This document shows, piece after piece, positions 37,386 through 47,800 of a DNA stretch of 64,000 nucleotides. A program made the translations under genes and the position numbers. This DNA comes from a virus (taxonomy: Duplodnaviria; Caudoviricetes): IMG/VR virus record IMGVR_UViG_3300046786_000293, positions 128,001-192,000 of that record; one strand, 5' to 3'. A model generated the notes under the pieces. That model saw only the letters and a list, made by a program, of their open reading frames with translations. It was not told the DNA's origin and made no database searches. The first letter of the stretch is position 1; each line of letters starts with the position of its first letter.

Positions 37386-37792
37386 AAAAATATTTTATCT
37401 AATGCTTGTCCTTGGTATGGGCCAGTTTTATATTCGTATACTACGGTGTCATCTTCTAAAATAAGATAAGTGTGACCACCTTCAAATGTCATCGAACAAT
37501 CACCTTGTCGTAATACTTGTTTTTCTAATAGTGTACCATCTGTATCAAAGAAACTTACTTCTACGCTGCCTTTAATAATAACCCAAGATTCTTGTGCGAT
37601 AATACGATCAACAGGAGTAGATTTCCAAATATGTTGGTGAGGGCGAAATGTTTTACCTTTTTCCATACGCAATGTTGCAAGTTGCAAGAACTGATTTTCG
37701 GGTGCTACTTCTGTGCGTGTTTCTATTTCGTAGAACCTGTGTATAGTATGAAGTAGTTTATTGGGTTCTGATTTGCTGTAAACATTATACAT
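37382..37792 (-). CDS. WbuC-like cupin (likely start MYNVY at 37792)
   Basis: FRPHQH, QESW, GGHTY, EYKTGPY motifs. Confidence 0.75.
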   Translation of the reverse strand: MYNVYSKSEPNKLLHTIHRFYEIETRTEVAPENQFLQLATLRMEKGKTFRPHQHIWKSTPVDRIIAQESWVIIKGSVEVSFFDTDGTLLEKQVLRQGDCSMTFEGGHTYLILEDDTVVYEYKTGPYQGQALDKIFL

Positions 37793-38843
37793 AATAGAAA
37801 TCCTTACGAATAATTTTTTGTAACCACAAATCAAATTTATTATGCACAACATCATCGCTAAAACTTTGCATAGCCCAATCTCTACAATTTTGAGGATCTA
37901 ACATATGAATAGTGCTTGCGGCTTCTACAAATGATTTAAAATCTTTACAACGATATCCAGTTACTCCAGGCACTACGCTATCAACGAAGCCACCCCAATC
38001 TGTAGTAATAACTGGTGTTCCACAAAATTGTGCTTCAGCTACAATATTACCAAACGGTTCTAAATAGTGGGTGGGCGCCATTAAACATTGTGCCCGACTT
38101 AGTAACTTGGCACGTTCTGCGGGACCGACATATCCGACTAGCTCTACATGATCCGGGATAGTATCGTAGCCTAAATGTCTTAGGTCTTGTGTAGGTCCTG
38201 CAATTTTTAAACGTTTACCTAAATGACGAGTTACTTGTATACATAAATCGATGCCTTTATCATAATTTACTCGGCCGAGATAAACAAAGTAATCGTCTTT
38301 TTCTTGTTCAAATACAAATTCGTCAGGTGTAAAAGCATTAGGAATTACTTCATCGTACCAACTTGGGGTCAGCAACATTTTGTGTAACCCGTAGTAATAG
38401 TGCATTTGACTATAACTGGTAAACCCGCGATACTGTGAGAAAATTGTTTCCGGAGGATATCCAATACTAGGTTCTACTATTAGTAGATCACTATGAGCAT
38501 CTGCTGTGGCTTGATTTGCGGCTCCGTAAAAGCATAGTACTAAATCGCCCGGTTTCTTTCTTCGACCAATTTCATTTGTTGCTCGCTCATTGTATATTCC
38601 ATGATAGGGCCCATCATGTAAAAATAAATTACCATTTTCTGGTGGAGCAAATTCTTGATTCGTTACACAGACTACGTTCTCGCAAGGCACTTCTGCACTT
38701 TCATGTCCGTAATGAACAATATCATAACCTTTTGGTAGCATATTTGTACAGAATTTTAACGCTGCGACATTAAAAGGGTCCATTCTGTAACGTGTATGTG
38801 TAATAGCCCAAGGGTTGGTTAATATATGTAATGTGGGGTTCAT
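37785..38843 (-). CDS. GT4-family glycosyltransferase
   Basis: YLGR..KG, EPFGNIVAEAQFCGTPVITT motifs. Confidence 0.9.
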   Translation of the reverse strand: MNPTLHILTNPWAITHTRYRMDPFNVAALKFCTNMLPKGYDIVHYGHESAEVPCENVVCVTNQEFAPPENGNLFLHDGPYHGIYNERATNEIGRRKKPGDLVLCFYGAANQATADAHSDLLIVEPSIGYPPETIFSQYRGFTSYSQMHYYYGLHKMLLTPSWYDEVIPNAFTPDEFVFEQEKDDYFVYLGRVNYDKGIDLCIQVTRHLGKRLKIAGPTQDLRHLGYDTIPDHVELVGYVGPAERAKLLSRAQCLMAPTHYLEPFGNIVAEAQFCGTPVITTDWGGFVDSVVPGVTGYRCKDFKSFVEAASTIHMLDPQNCRDWAMQSFSDDVVHNKFDLWLQKIIRKDFYYV

Positions 38844-38871
38844 AGTAGTTGATTATACATGATATTTACAA

Positions 38872-38902
38872 AAAATAAAAGGCCCCTAGGACCTTTTATT
38901 TT
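38872..38902. terminator. bidirectional terminator after the collagen fibre gene
   Basis: AAAATAAAAGG-N9-CCTTTTATTTT. Confidence 0.65.
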
Positions 38903-38921
38903 AGTTTTCCAATATTTTCGA

Positions 38922-41900
38922 TTAAGTTTTACCGATTACGATTTCAATTATCGTAGATGGTTTGTCTAGTGTTGCTGTAAAGTTTTCCAAACTTTTACCT
39001 ATAACTGTACCAATTGCAGGATTGGATTCTGCTCGAGCGTATCCGTCAGGAGCACTAACAACCATATCACCTTTGCCAACTGGTCCCATTATCTTTGTAG
39101 GAACTCGACCTTGTAGTGCAATATCTACAGCCGTTTCATGTTCTAGTTGCGAATTCATCAAGTAAGCAGGATTACTTGTAACTACTCCAGCAACTTTATT
39201 ATCAGCATCTCGTACGCTAATAGTAACTTCTTGGTCACCGCCGAATACAACAACAGTACCGGGTGGATACTTTTTGTCTCCAACATAGCGTTCTGCAATG
39301 TCAGCGTAACGTGCATTAGTAGCTGTTACTGTTAAAACGTTTGTACTAGGATCAAAGGAGAACGCAGTAGCAGTAGTTCTTACATATGGCGTTTGATTAC
39401 TGCCAGCACCTGCTATGAATACTGGATAATATGTACCTGCCGCAGTTGTTGCAGTCGCGTTAATTGCTGTACTTGGCCCCGTTGGCCCTGACGGTCCAAT
39501 AGGTCCGATAGGTCCGATAGGTCCAATAGGTCCGATAGGCCCTTGTGGTCCTTGTGGTCCGCGTGGTCCCTGTGGTCCGGTATTACCAATAGGCCCGATA
39601 GGCCCAATTGGTCCGATAGGTCCGATAGGTCCGATAGGCCCTTGTGGTCCCTGTGGCCCACGTGGTCCTTGTGGTCCTGTGTTGCCGATAGGCCCGATAG
39701 GTCCGATAGGTCCGATAGGTCCGATAGGTCCGATAGGCCCTTGTGGTCCTTGTGGTCCGCGTGGTCCCTGTGGTCCGGTATTACCAATAGGCCCGATAGG
39801 CCCAATTGGTCCGATAGGCCCGATAGGCCCTTGTGGTCCTTGTGGTCCGCGTGGTCCTTGTGGTCCGGTATTACCGATGGGCCCGATAGGTCCAATAGGT
39901 CCGATAGGTCCGATAGGTCCAATAGGTCCTTGTGGTCCTTGTGGACCTTGTGGTCCGGTATTACCGATAGGTCCGATTGGGCCCTGTGGTCCTGTATTGC
40001 CAATTGGTCCAATAGGTCCTTGTGGTCCTTGTGGACCTTGTGGTCCTGTATTGCCGATAGGTCCGATTGGTCCCTGTGGTCCTGTATTGCCAATTGGTCC
40101 AATAGGTCCTTGTGGTCCTTGTGGACCTTGTGGTCCTGTATTGCCGATTGGTCCGATTGGGCCCTGTGGTCCTTGTGGACCTTGTGGTCCTGTGTTGCCG
40201 ATTGGTCCAATTGGGCCCTGTGGTCCTTGTGGCCCTGTATTACCTATAGGTCCCGTTGGTCCTTGTGGCCCTATATCACCAATTGGTCCGATTGGGCCTT
40301 GTGGCCCTTGTGGTCCCGTCGGCCCTTGTGGTCCTGTGTTACCAATTGGTCCGATTGGTCCTTGTGGTCCTTGTGGACCTTGTGGTCCTGTATTTCCGAT
40401 AGGCCCAATTGGACCTTGTGGTCCTTGAGGACCGACCGCTTGTTGGCCGTTGGCATAAAAGAATGCACCTTGTGTAATAATATTACCAACAGTAGCATTA
40501 CCGATTACACCTAACGTTGTTCCTACTGTTGCGCTGCCGTTTACACTTAGAGCACTTACTGTTACATTACTATTATAGCTCGATGCACCAATAACATCTA
40601 AGGTTCCCATTACACTGGTATTGCCTATTTTTGCTGCGTCCCATTGTGCATTACTTAAATCTACAGTGACACCGGGCTCAGGAATAACATTAGTGAATAG
40701 TTTCCAGACTCCATCAGTATGATCTCTTACAAAACCGCTATGCTGATAAATGTTTCCACTTTGATTTGATGGATTGCCACCAGAATATTGACTGTAGAAA
40801 CCAATTTCATAATTATACGGATAAACAGAATTTGCTGTTAGATATAATAATGGATCTTGAACACTTAAATTGCTTGAGTTGATAGCGACTACATTTGTTG
40901 TATATAGATTGCCACCAACATAAAAATCCTTTGTAACACTACCGCCGCCTGCGACAATCAGTGCACCGGTGCCAGTGCCAGTGGCATTTGTGGCATTTGT
41001 TGTGCTTATAACGCCGCTGGTTGTTAGGTTTCCAACTGTAGCGTTGCCAGTTACCCCTAATGTTGTTCCAACGGTAGCACTATTATTAACAGTCAATGCA
41101 CTTACTGTAGTGTTTCCTGTAGCACCTAATGTTGTAAAGTTTGCTGTACTTGCGGTAGCATTTCCAATTGGTGTATTTTGAATACCGCCCGAAGCTCTTA
41201 GAGTTGTAACTGCTGTTATACTTCCATTGCTAGTTAAACCTGCTGCTGTTATATTTCCAGAAATATCAATGGCATTGCTATAACTCATTTCATAAGTTCT
41301 GGAATTGTATTGAACAATATTACCTGAACTCACATTACGGACTGGTGCCACACTAAACGAATTGGCGATATTTCCGTAAGGGAATAAGCCTGCGGCTGCT
41401 AAACCTAATGCAGAAATAACAATGCTATTATCTGCTTGGGCCACGCCGCTGTCACTGGCAGCATAAGGACCAATTGCAATCGATTCAATGCCTTGGCTGG
41501 CACCCCCTGCACCATAACCAATAGCCACACTGTATGCACCTTGACTAGTTTGGCCAGCATTGTGACCAATAGCTATTGCATCAGCGCCTTGGTTAGTTTG
41601 ACCACCGCCACTCCAATTACCAATGGCTATTGCTTCTGATCCTTGATTGGTTTTGCCTGCATTTATACCAATAGCTACCGCTGCTGTGGCCGCTCCTTGT
41701 CCTTGCCCTGCATTATAGCCAATAGCAATACCGTAAGTACTGTCAGAATTGCCTGCTGCGGTTCCTAAAGCAACAGCGCCACCCGATGTATCATAAATCA
41801 GTGAACCGTTTTTAAGTACAATATTTCCGCTGGTTTTAATGTTACCAGTTACCCCTAATGTAGTACCAATAGTGGCACTATTATTAACAGTTAGCCCAGA

Positions 41901-42836
41901 TACTGTGGCATTACTGCTGGTATTCAATGTAGATCCAACTAAGGATGCACCTGCATTGCCAATGGTAGCCGCATTGACTGTGGTTCCGGTTAATGTGCCA
42001 CTTAATGTTAAGCCAGTTAATGTACCGACTGACGTGATATTCGTTTGTGCGGCTGTTTGTAGTGTACCAGTTAACAATGCTCCGCTATTACCAATGGTAG
42101 CCGCATTGACTGTGGTTCCGGTTAATGTGCCACTTAATGTTAAGCCGGTGAGAGTTCCAACAGATGTAACATTTGTTTGTGATGCAGTAGTTAATGTGCC
42201 AGCCAAATTGGTTGCAGAAACGTTGCCTGCACTGATATTTCCTAATACTGTTAGTGCATCTGTATTTTTATTGTAAGTTAATCCTGCATCACCGTTTACT
42301 ATACCGCCGTCGTTGAACAGGATTTGTGTATTAGATCCCCCAGCTGTAATATTACCAGAAATATTACCCGAAAAATTACCAACAAAATAATCTGCAGATA
42401 TGTTACCAGCAGTTACTATTCCACCAGAACCGACAGCCAGTGATCCGCCAGCTGGACCTGTTAGTATTATTGCTGTAGCATTACTAGTTATAGTTGCAGC
42501 ATCTAAATAAATTGTGCTGCCAGTTAACCACAAATCTTTCCAACGAGCAGTAGTATTTCCTAAACTATATGTAATATTTGCTGCTGGATTTAAGTTACCT
42601 TTTACTTGTGCGCTGTCTACTAGAATATTGCCTGTTAGTACAACATTAGCTAATGTTTTATTCGTTAGAGTTTGTGTAGAATTTACACCGGCTGCGGGCC
42701 AGCCCCCTGCTGTTACGCCATCATGAACTACAACAACATTTGTTGTAGTGTCGACTGTAACTTCGCCCTGAGCTCCCGTAAACGCAGCAGTTTCTGCGCT
42801 TGTTCCTCGTCTTAATTTTAATGTTGTAGCAGTCAT
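38922..42836 (-). CDS. collagen-like tail fibre with Mtd-like N-terminus and autoprocessing-like C-terminal domain
   Basis: [19 protein letters not shown]-terminus; about 107 Gly-X-Y triplets; ADIAERY..GVV..NPAYLMN..ALQGRVP C-terminus. Confidence 0.85.
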   Translation of the reverse strand: MTATTLKLRRGTSAETAAFTGAQGEVTVDTTTNVVVVHDGVTAGGWPAAGVNSTQTLTNKTLANVVLTGNILVDSAQVKGNLNPAANITYSLGNTTARWKDLWLTGSTIYLDAATITSNATAIILTGPAGGSLAVGSGGIVTAGNISADYFVGNFSGNISGNITAGGSNTQILFNDGGIVNGDAGLTYNKNTDALTVLGNISAGNVSATNLAGTLTTASQTNVTSVGTLTGLTLSGTLTGTTVNAATIGNSGALLTGTLQTAAQTNITSVGTLTGLTLSGTLTGTTVNAATIGNAGASLVGSTLNTSSNATVSGLTVNNSATIGTTLGVTGNIKTSGNIVLKNGSLIYDTSGGAVALGTAAGNSDSTYGIAIGYNAGQGQGAATAAVAIGINAGKTNQGSEAIAIGNWSGGGQTNQGADAIAIGHNAGQTSQGAYSVAIGYGAGGASQGIESIAIGPYAASDSGVAQADNSIVISALGLAAAGLFPYGNIANSFSVAPVRNVSSGNIVQYNSRTYEMSYSNAIDISGNITAAGLTSNGSITAVTTLRASGGIQNTPIGNATASTANFTTLGATGNTTVSALTVNNSATVGTTLGVTGNATVGNLTTSGVISTTNATNATGTGTGALIVAGGGSVTKDFYVGGNLYTTNVVAINSSNLSVQDPLLYLTANSVYPYNYEIGFYSQYSGGNPSNQSGNIYQHSGFVRDHTDGVWKLFTNVIPEPGVTVDLSNAQWDAAKIGNTSVMGTLDVIGASSYNSNVTVSALSVNGSATVGTTLGVIGNATVGNIITQGAFFYANGQQAVGPQGPQGPIGPIGNTGPQGPQGPQGPIGPIGNTGPQGPTGPQGPQGPIGPIGDIGPQGPTGPIGNTGPQGPQGPIGPIGNTGPQGPQGPQGPIGPIGNTGPQGPQGPQGPIGPIGNTGPQGPIGPIGNTGPQGPQGPQGPIGPIGNTGPQGPIGPIGNTGPQGPQGPQGPIGPIGPIGPIGPIGPIGNTGPQGPRGPQGPQGPIGPIGPIGPIGPIGNTGPQGPRGPQGPQGPIGPIGPIGPIGPIGPIGNTGPQGPRGPQGPQGPIGPIGPIGPIGPIGPIGNTGPQGPRGPQGPQGPIGPIGPIGPIGPIGPSGPTGPSTAINATATTAAGTYYPVFIAGAGSNQTPYVRTTATAFSFDPSTNVLTVTATNARYADIAERYVGDKKYPPGTVVVFGGDQEVTISVRDADNKVAGVVTSNPAYLMNSQLEHETAVDIALQGRVPTKIMGPVGKGDMVVSAPDGYARAESNPAIGTVIGKSLENFTATLDKPSTIIEIVIGKT
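39471..40433 (-). repeat. collagen Gly-X-Y coding repeat (GPQ/GPI/GNT)
   Basis: 9-nt periodic sequence, 963 nt. Confidence 0.95.
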
Positions 42837-42860
42837 TTTTTAATCTTTACCTAATATTTA

Positions 42861-44750
42861 TTATACCAAACTACCCATATCAAATGCATTTGATACAGAA
42901 TCAGTGACATATCCAAAATCAAATGTTCCGTTTAATCCAGGCAGTACAGCTATAGATACGGTGCTCGACGAAGAATTTGCATTAACAGATATGCCGACCC
43001 CGCCTGTCATTAGTACTGTTGTATTCGACGAACTTTCCACTGAACCATTTTGAGCTGTTATGTTAGTAAAGCCGCCACCACCTCCTGATACAAATGGTGC
43101 TCCGTTTGCAAAATAATACCCATCAGTTAAAATTCCACCTGTATAGATATTTCCAGTAACACCTAATGTAGTCCCTAGAGTAGCACTACTGTTTATAGTT
43201 AAATTTGGTACAACAACATTACCTGATGCTACCACTGTTGTAAATATTGCACTAGCTGGCGTTACATTTCCAATTGGTGTGTTCTGTAAACCCGAGGTTG
43301 CTTCTAATGTAGTGAATTTGCCTGTGCTTTGCGTTAAGTTGCCGATTGCTGTATTTTGTACACCACCAGCAGCATAGAAGGTAGAACCAATGCTAGCTGT
43401 TCCGTTGACCGTCAATGCACTTACTGTAGCATTGCCTGTTGTTGTTAATGTACTAATTAATGCTGTGTTAGCGCCCGCGGCCCCCAATATGCCGTTGAAT
43501 CCTGTTGTAGCATTGAATGATGCACCATTGAACACTGCACCAGCATTACCAAAAGTAGAAGACTGAATAGTCGCAGCATCTATAGTTCCTGATACTTGTA
43601 GGTTACTTAATACACCAACTTGAGTAATGTTGCTCTGAATCGCTTGCACAACATAATCAGCTGTACCTGCACTAACTGCTTTGGCATTACTATCTAACGG
43701 AACATATCCCAGTGCTACATTAACATTTGTGCCAGTCAGACCCGTAACGTATGTTGCAGTAATTGCATTTGTAGCATTAGCAACAAATCCGGTTACTTGG
43801 CCTCCTGTGATACTTGTTAATTGAGATCCGTTACCAATTAATGTTGCACCAACATTACCGATTGTGTTAGCCTGAACTGTTACGGCATCAATAGTTCCAG
43901 TAACAGTTAAATTACTTAGAGCACCGACTTGAGTAATATTACTTTGAATTGCTTGTACTACATAGTCCGCAGTGCCTGCACTAACTGCTTTGGCATTACT
44001 ATCTAACGGAACATATCCTAGTGCCACATTAACGTTTGTTCCAGTAAGACCTGTTACATATGTTGCAGTTATTGCATTAGTAGCATTAGCAACAAATCCG
44101 GTTACTTGGCCTCCTGTAATACTTGTTAGTTGGGCACCATTGCCGATTAATGTAGCGCCAACGTTACCAATTGTATTGGCTTGAACTGTTACGGCATCTA
44201 TTGTTCCTGATACCGCCAATCCTGTTAATGTACCAATGCTGGTTATATTTGGTTGGCTAGCAGTTGATATGGTTCCAACTAAACTTGCACCTGCATTACC
44301 TATAGTAGATGCAAAAACATTAACAGCAACTACATTAGCGTTTGATGTTAAATTAGAGCCGTCTGTTGTAAGTCCGCCTGCTCCAGCAAAATAGCCACCT
44401 GCATTATATTGTAATTGGTTTACAGACCCGCCTGGGACTGCACTTGTAAAAGGAGTCCCGTTTGCCCAAGAAAAAGATTCTGCGTATACTGTGCCGACAC
44501 GTAAATTGGCATTGCCAGTAACTGCAAGATTAGTTCCAGTTAATCCAGAGCTAGATGTATAAATTAAGCGAAAACTTTGAGTAGTTTCGTTCCAAATAAT
44601 TGCAACGTTAGAACCGCCGCCTTGGCTACGGTCATACAATTCACCAATATCTCTATTAGCTATATTACCAAAGTTACTAACAACAATACTATCGTTAAAT
44701 GTAGTAACGTTGGTATTAATATTTTGAAAATAGACTTTAGTTAATGACAT
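42861..44750 (-). CDS. fibre/structural protein with a 103-aa tandem duplication
   Basis: G/N/T/A-rich; internal duplication visible in protein and DNA. Confidence 0.8.
   Translation of the reverse strand: MSLTKVYFQNINTNVTTFNDSIVVSNFGNIANRDIGELYDRSQGGGSNVAIIWNETTQSFRLIYTSSSGLTGTNLAVTGNANLRVGTVYAESFSWANGTPFTSAVPGGSVNQLQYNAGGYFAGAGGLTTDGSNLTSNANVVAVNVFASTIGNAGASLVGTISTASQPNITSIGTLTGLAVSGTIDAVTVQANTIGNVGATLIGNGAQLTSITGGQVTGFVANATNAITATYVTGLTGTNVNVALGYVPLDSNAKAVSAGTADYVVQAIQSNITQVGALSNLTVTGTIDAVTVQANTIGNVGATLIGNGSQLTSITGGQVTGFVANATNAITATYVTGLTGTNVNVALGYVPLDSNAKAVSAGTADYVVQAIQSNITQVGVLSNLQVSGTIDAATIQSSTFGNAGAVFNGASFNATTGFNGILGAAGANTALISTLTTTGNATVSALTVNGTASIGSTFYAAGGVQNTAIGNLTQSTGKFTTLEATSGLQNTPIGNVTPASAIFTTVVASGNVVVPNLTINSSATLGTTLGVTGNIYTGGILTDGYYFANGAPFVSGGGGGFTNITAQNGSVESSSNTTVLMTGGVGISVNANSSSSTVSIAVLPGLNGTFDFGYVTDSVSNAFDMGSLV
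43616..44207. repeat. 309-nt-period tandem duplication
   Basis: copies at about 43616-43898 and 43925-44207. Confidence 0.9.
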
Positions 44751-44823
44751 TATTATTCCTTATTGTCACTTTGCTAAAGTTATTTTGGAGCATCAGTTTA
44801 TTATATTTCACTGCAGGCTCCAA

Positions 44824-47800
44824 TTAACTACCAACTACATAAGTCTTAGTAAAATTAACTATTGTTCCTGCTCCTGCACCTGTTGCGGTGACAGTTACTG
44901 TGCCGCCGCTTGCCGAAGCACTTAGTGTAACTTGTGGTGTTCCGCTCGATCCAGCTGTTACAGTATTATAACTTGTAATTACTGCATTTGCAGCTCCGTT
45001 TGTAACTACTAATGCCTCCAATGATGTCCATGTTGTGCTTCCGCTATCTCTTGCTACCACAATGTATTTGGCTGCTTTGTAACTCGAGCCACTCCAGCTA
45101 TCCATTGTGCCGCCGCCTGTACCAACAGTAACGCTTGCGGTATCATTTATTACCCCGCCAGATTTAATATTGATACCACTAGTAGTGACAGTAGTCATTA
45201 CAGTATTGTTAGCTTTGACGGTAACTGTCTTATCTCCAACGCTAACATCTGTAAATACCCCAGTTGTACCTAAAGCATCTGCCACACTAGTTACACTAGA
45301 TCCCAAAGTCAATACCCGGAAGTCGATTGTATCACCAACCAACGGTGCTTCAGTAAATGTTACAGTGCCGCTTGTAATACTATAAGAATCAACAGGTGTT
45401 TGGACAACACCGTTAATAGCAACAATAGTACCAGCTGTAGTCGCATTTGCATAAGGTAATGTAAATGCTACAGTACTTCCATCACCTAGTTGTGTATTGC
45501 TGAATGCACTTGTGTATACTGCGGTTACAGATACTGGTGTCCCGTTTGGATAGAAGAAGTTAGTGGCTATAACATTACCGCTATGAGTGGTGTTGCCTAA
45601 TATATTTCCAGTAAATGTAGATGTACCTGCAACAATTAGATTTCCGCCAACTCCTAAGTTTGTACCAACTGTTAAACTGGCGTTTGCAGTCATTCCTGCT
45701 GCGGTTACATTGCCAGTAGCATTTACATTTGTGAAATAACCTAGCGTAGCAGTACCATTACCAATTATCGTATTTTGAATACCTGCTGTTGCACTTAATG
45801 TAGTTCCAACAGTTGCACTTCCGTTCACAGTCAATGCACTTACTGTAGTATTACCAGTCGAACCTAGTGTAGTGAAATTGCCTGTACTTGGTGTAGCATT
45901 GCCAACTGGTGTATTTTGTAAACCGCCAGTAATGGTAATTCCATTAGTTGTTAATGTGCCATTAACTGTAGCGTTACTTAACGTTGTATTACCAGTTACA
46001 CCTAGTGTTGTTCCAATCGTAGCACTACCACTTAGTGATAGACTAGATCCATTGATATTGCCTGTAACACCTAATGTTGTACCGATAGTAGCATTAGCAT
46101 TAACAGTTAATCCGCTAACTGTAGCGTTTCCTGTTGTTGTTAATGTGCTAACCAAAGCAGCATTAGCACCAGCAGTTCCGATTTGTCCGTTCAATGCTCC
46201 GTTGAAGCTTGAAGATGCTGTATATGTTGCACCAGTAAAGACTGCGCCAGTGTTTCCAAATGTTGCTGCATTGATAATATTTGCGCTGATACTGTCAACA
46301 CCGCTTATGCTTCCGCCTGAGCCGCCACCAACTGTGATATTACCAGTTACTCCCAGTGTACCGCCAACAGTTGCACTGTTATTAACTGTCAATGCACTTA
46401 CTGTGGCGTTACCAGTTGCCCCTAGTGTTGTAAAATTAGCACTACTTGCTGTTACGTTGCCGATTACAGTATTTTGTAATCCGCCACTGGCACTTAAGGT
46501 AGTTCCAAATGTGCCGCTGTTATTAACAGTCAATGCGCTTACTGTGGTATTTCCTGTAGCGCCTAACGTTGTAAAGTTTGCTGTACTTGCGGTAGCATTT
46601 CCAATTGGTGTATTTTGTATACCGCCTGCTGCGTTAAATGTTGTACCAGCAGTAATACTACCGTTAGCTGTTAATGCGGCACCAGTTACGTTGCCTGTTG
46701 CGCTTACTGTTGTGAAGTTACCTGTGCTTGCTGTTACGTTACCAATCGGTGTATTTTGAATACCTGCAACAGCCTGTAGTGTTGTACCAATAACTGCACT
46801 GGTATTGATTGTTAGTCCGTCGGCAACCAAATTGCCTGAAAGAACAGCGTTAGCAAAATTAATACTTCCGCCAGTAATTGTTCCATTGGAAACTAAATTG
46901 CCAACAGTTGCTGTTCCTGGTACGTTTAATATACCATTGCCAGTTATATCGCCATATGCAGTTAACGTACCAATTCTTAGCGTATCGTATATAACATCGG
47001 CGTTGGCCAAATCAACTGTGCCACCACTCGGTTCCCCTACGTTACTGACCAAATACCATTGATTATTACTGTGGTTACGAATTAGACCAGTGTGTTGGTA
47101 TCCGCTAGACACACCTGTTTGGAATTGACTATAGAAACCAATTTCATAATTATATGGGTATGGGGTATTTGCTGTTAGGTATAGTAATGGGTCTTGAACA
47201 GAAATATTAGATGTTGATGTTGCAATTAAGTTTGTAACATACAAATTAGCGCCCATGTAAACATCTTTAGTGAAACTTGCGCCGCCTAATACTACAAATG
47301 CTCCAGTACCAGTGCCAGTTGCATTTGTTGTGTTGCTGATTGTTACTGTACCCGCAGTTGTAGCATTACCAAATACTAAATTGCCGGTAACACCCAATGA
47401 GCTACCTACTGTGGCACTATTATTAACAGTTAACGCATTTACTGTAGTGTTTCCTGTTGCACCTAATGTTGTAAAGTTTGCTGTGCTTGGTGTTATATTA
47501 CCAATTGCAGTATTTTGTAGACCAGCTGCTGCACTTAACGTGGTATTAATAACCGCACTAGTGTTAACTGTTAAAGCATTTACGGTTGTATTTCCTGTAG
47601 CGCCTAGTGTTGTAAAATTCGCACTACTTGCAGTTACATTGCCAATTACAGTATTTTGTAGGCCGCCTGAAATAATACCAGCGCCAGTTACACCTAATGT
47701 GCTACCAATTGTTACACTATTGTTTACAGTTACTGCACTAGCTGTAATATTTCCTGTTGTTTCTAATGTAGTAAACTTACCTGTGCTAGCTGTACCGTTA

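Noticed and set aside
39471-40433. Periodic repeats resembling a CRISPR or repeat array
   Set aside because: 9-nt codon periodicity inside a coding collagen tract; no constant repeat with unique spacers and no cas genes.
39413-40514. Long ORFs with WSL, CGP or DHK repeats (39413, 39543, 39679; also 52739-53769)
   Set aside because: Alternative-frame and antisense shadows of the Gly-Pro-X codon repeat; no RBS or promoter.
38922-42836. Diversity-generating retroelement suggested by the Mtd-like N-terminus and paralogous C-termini
   Set aside because: No reverse transcriptase in the window; the paralogous C-termini (38922 versus 52186) differ at all base types, not only adenines.
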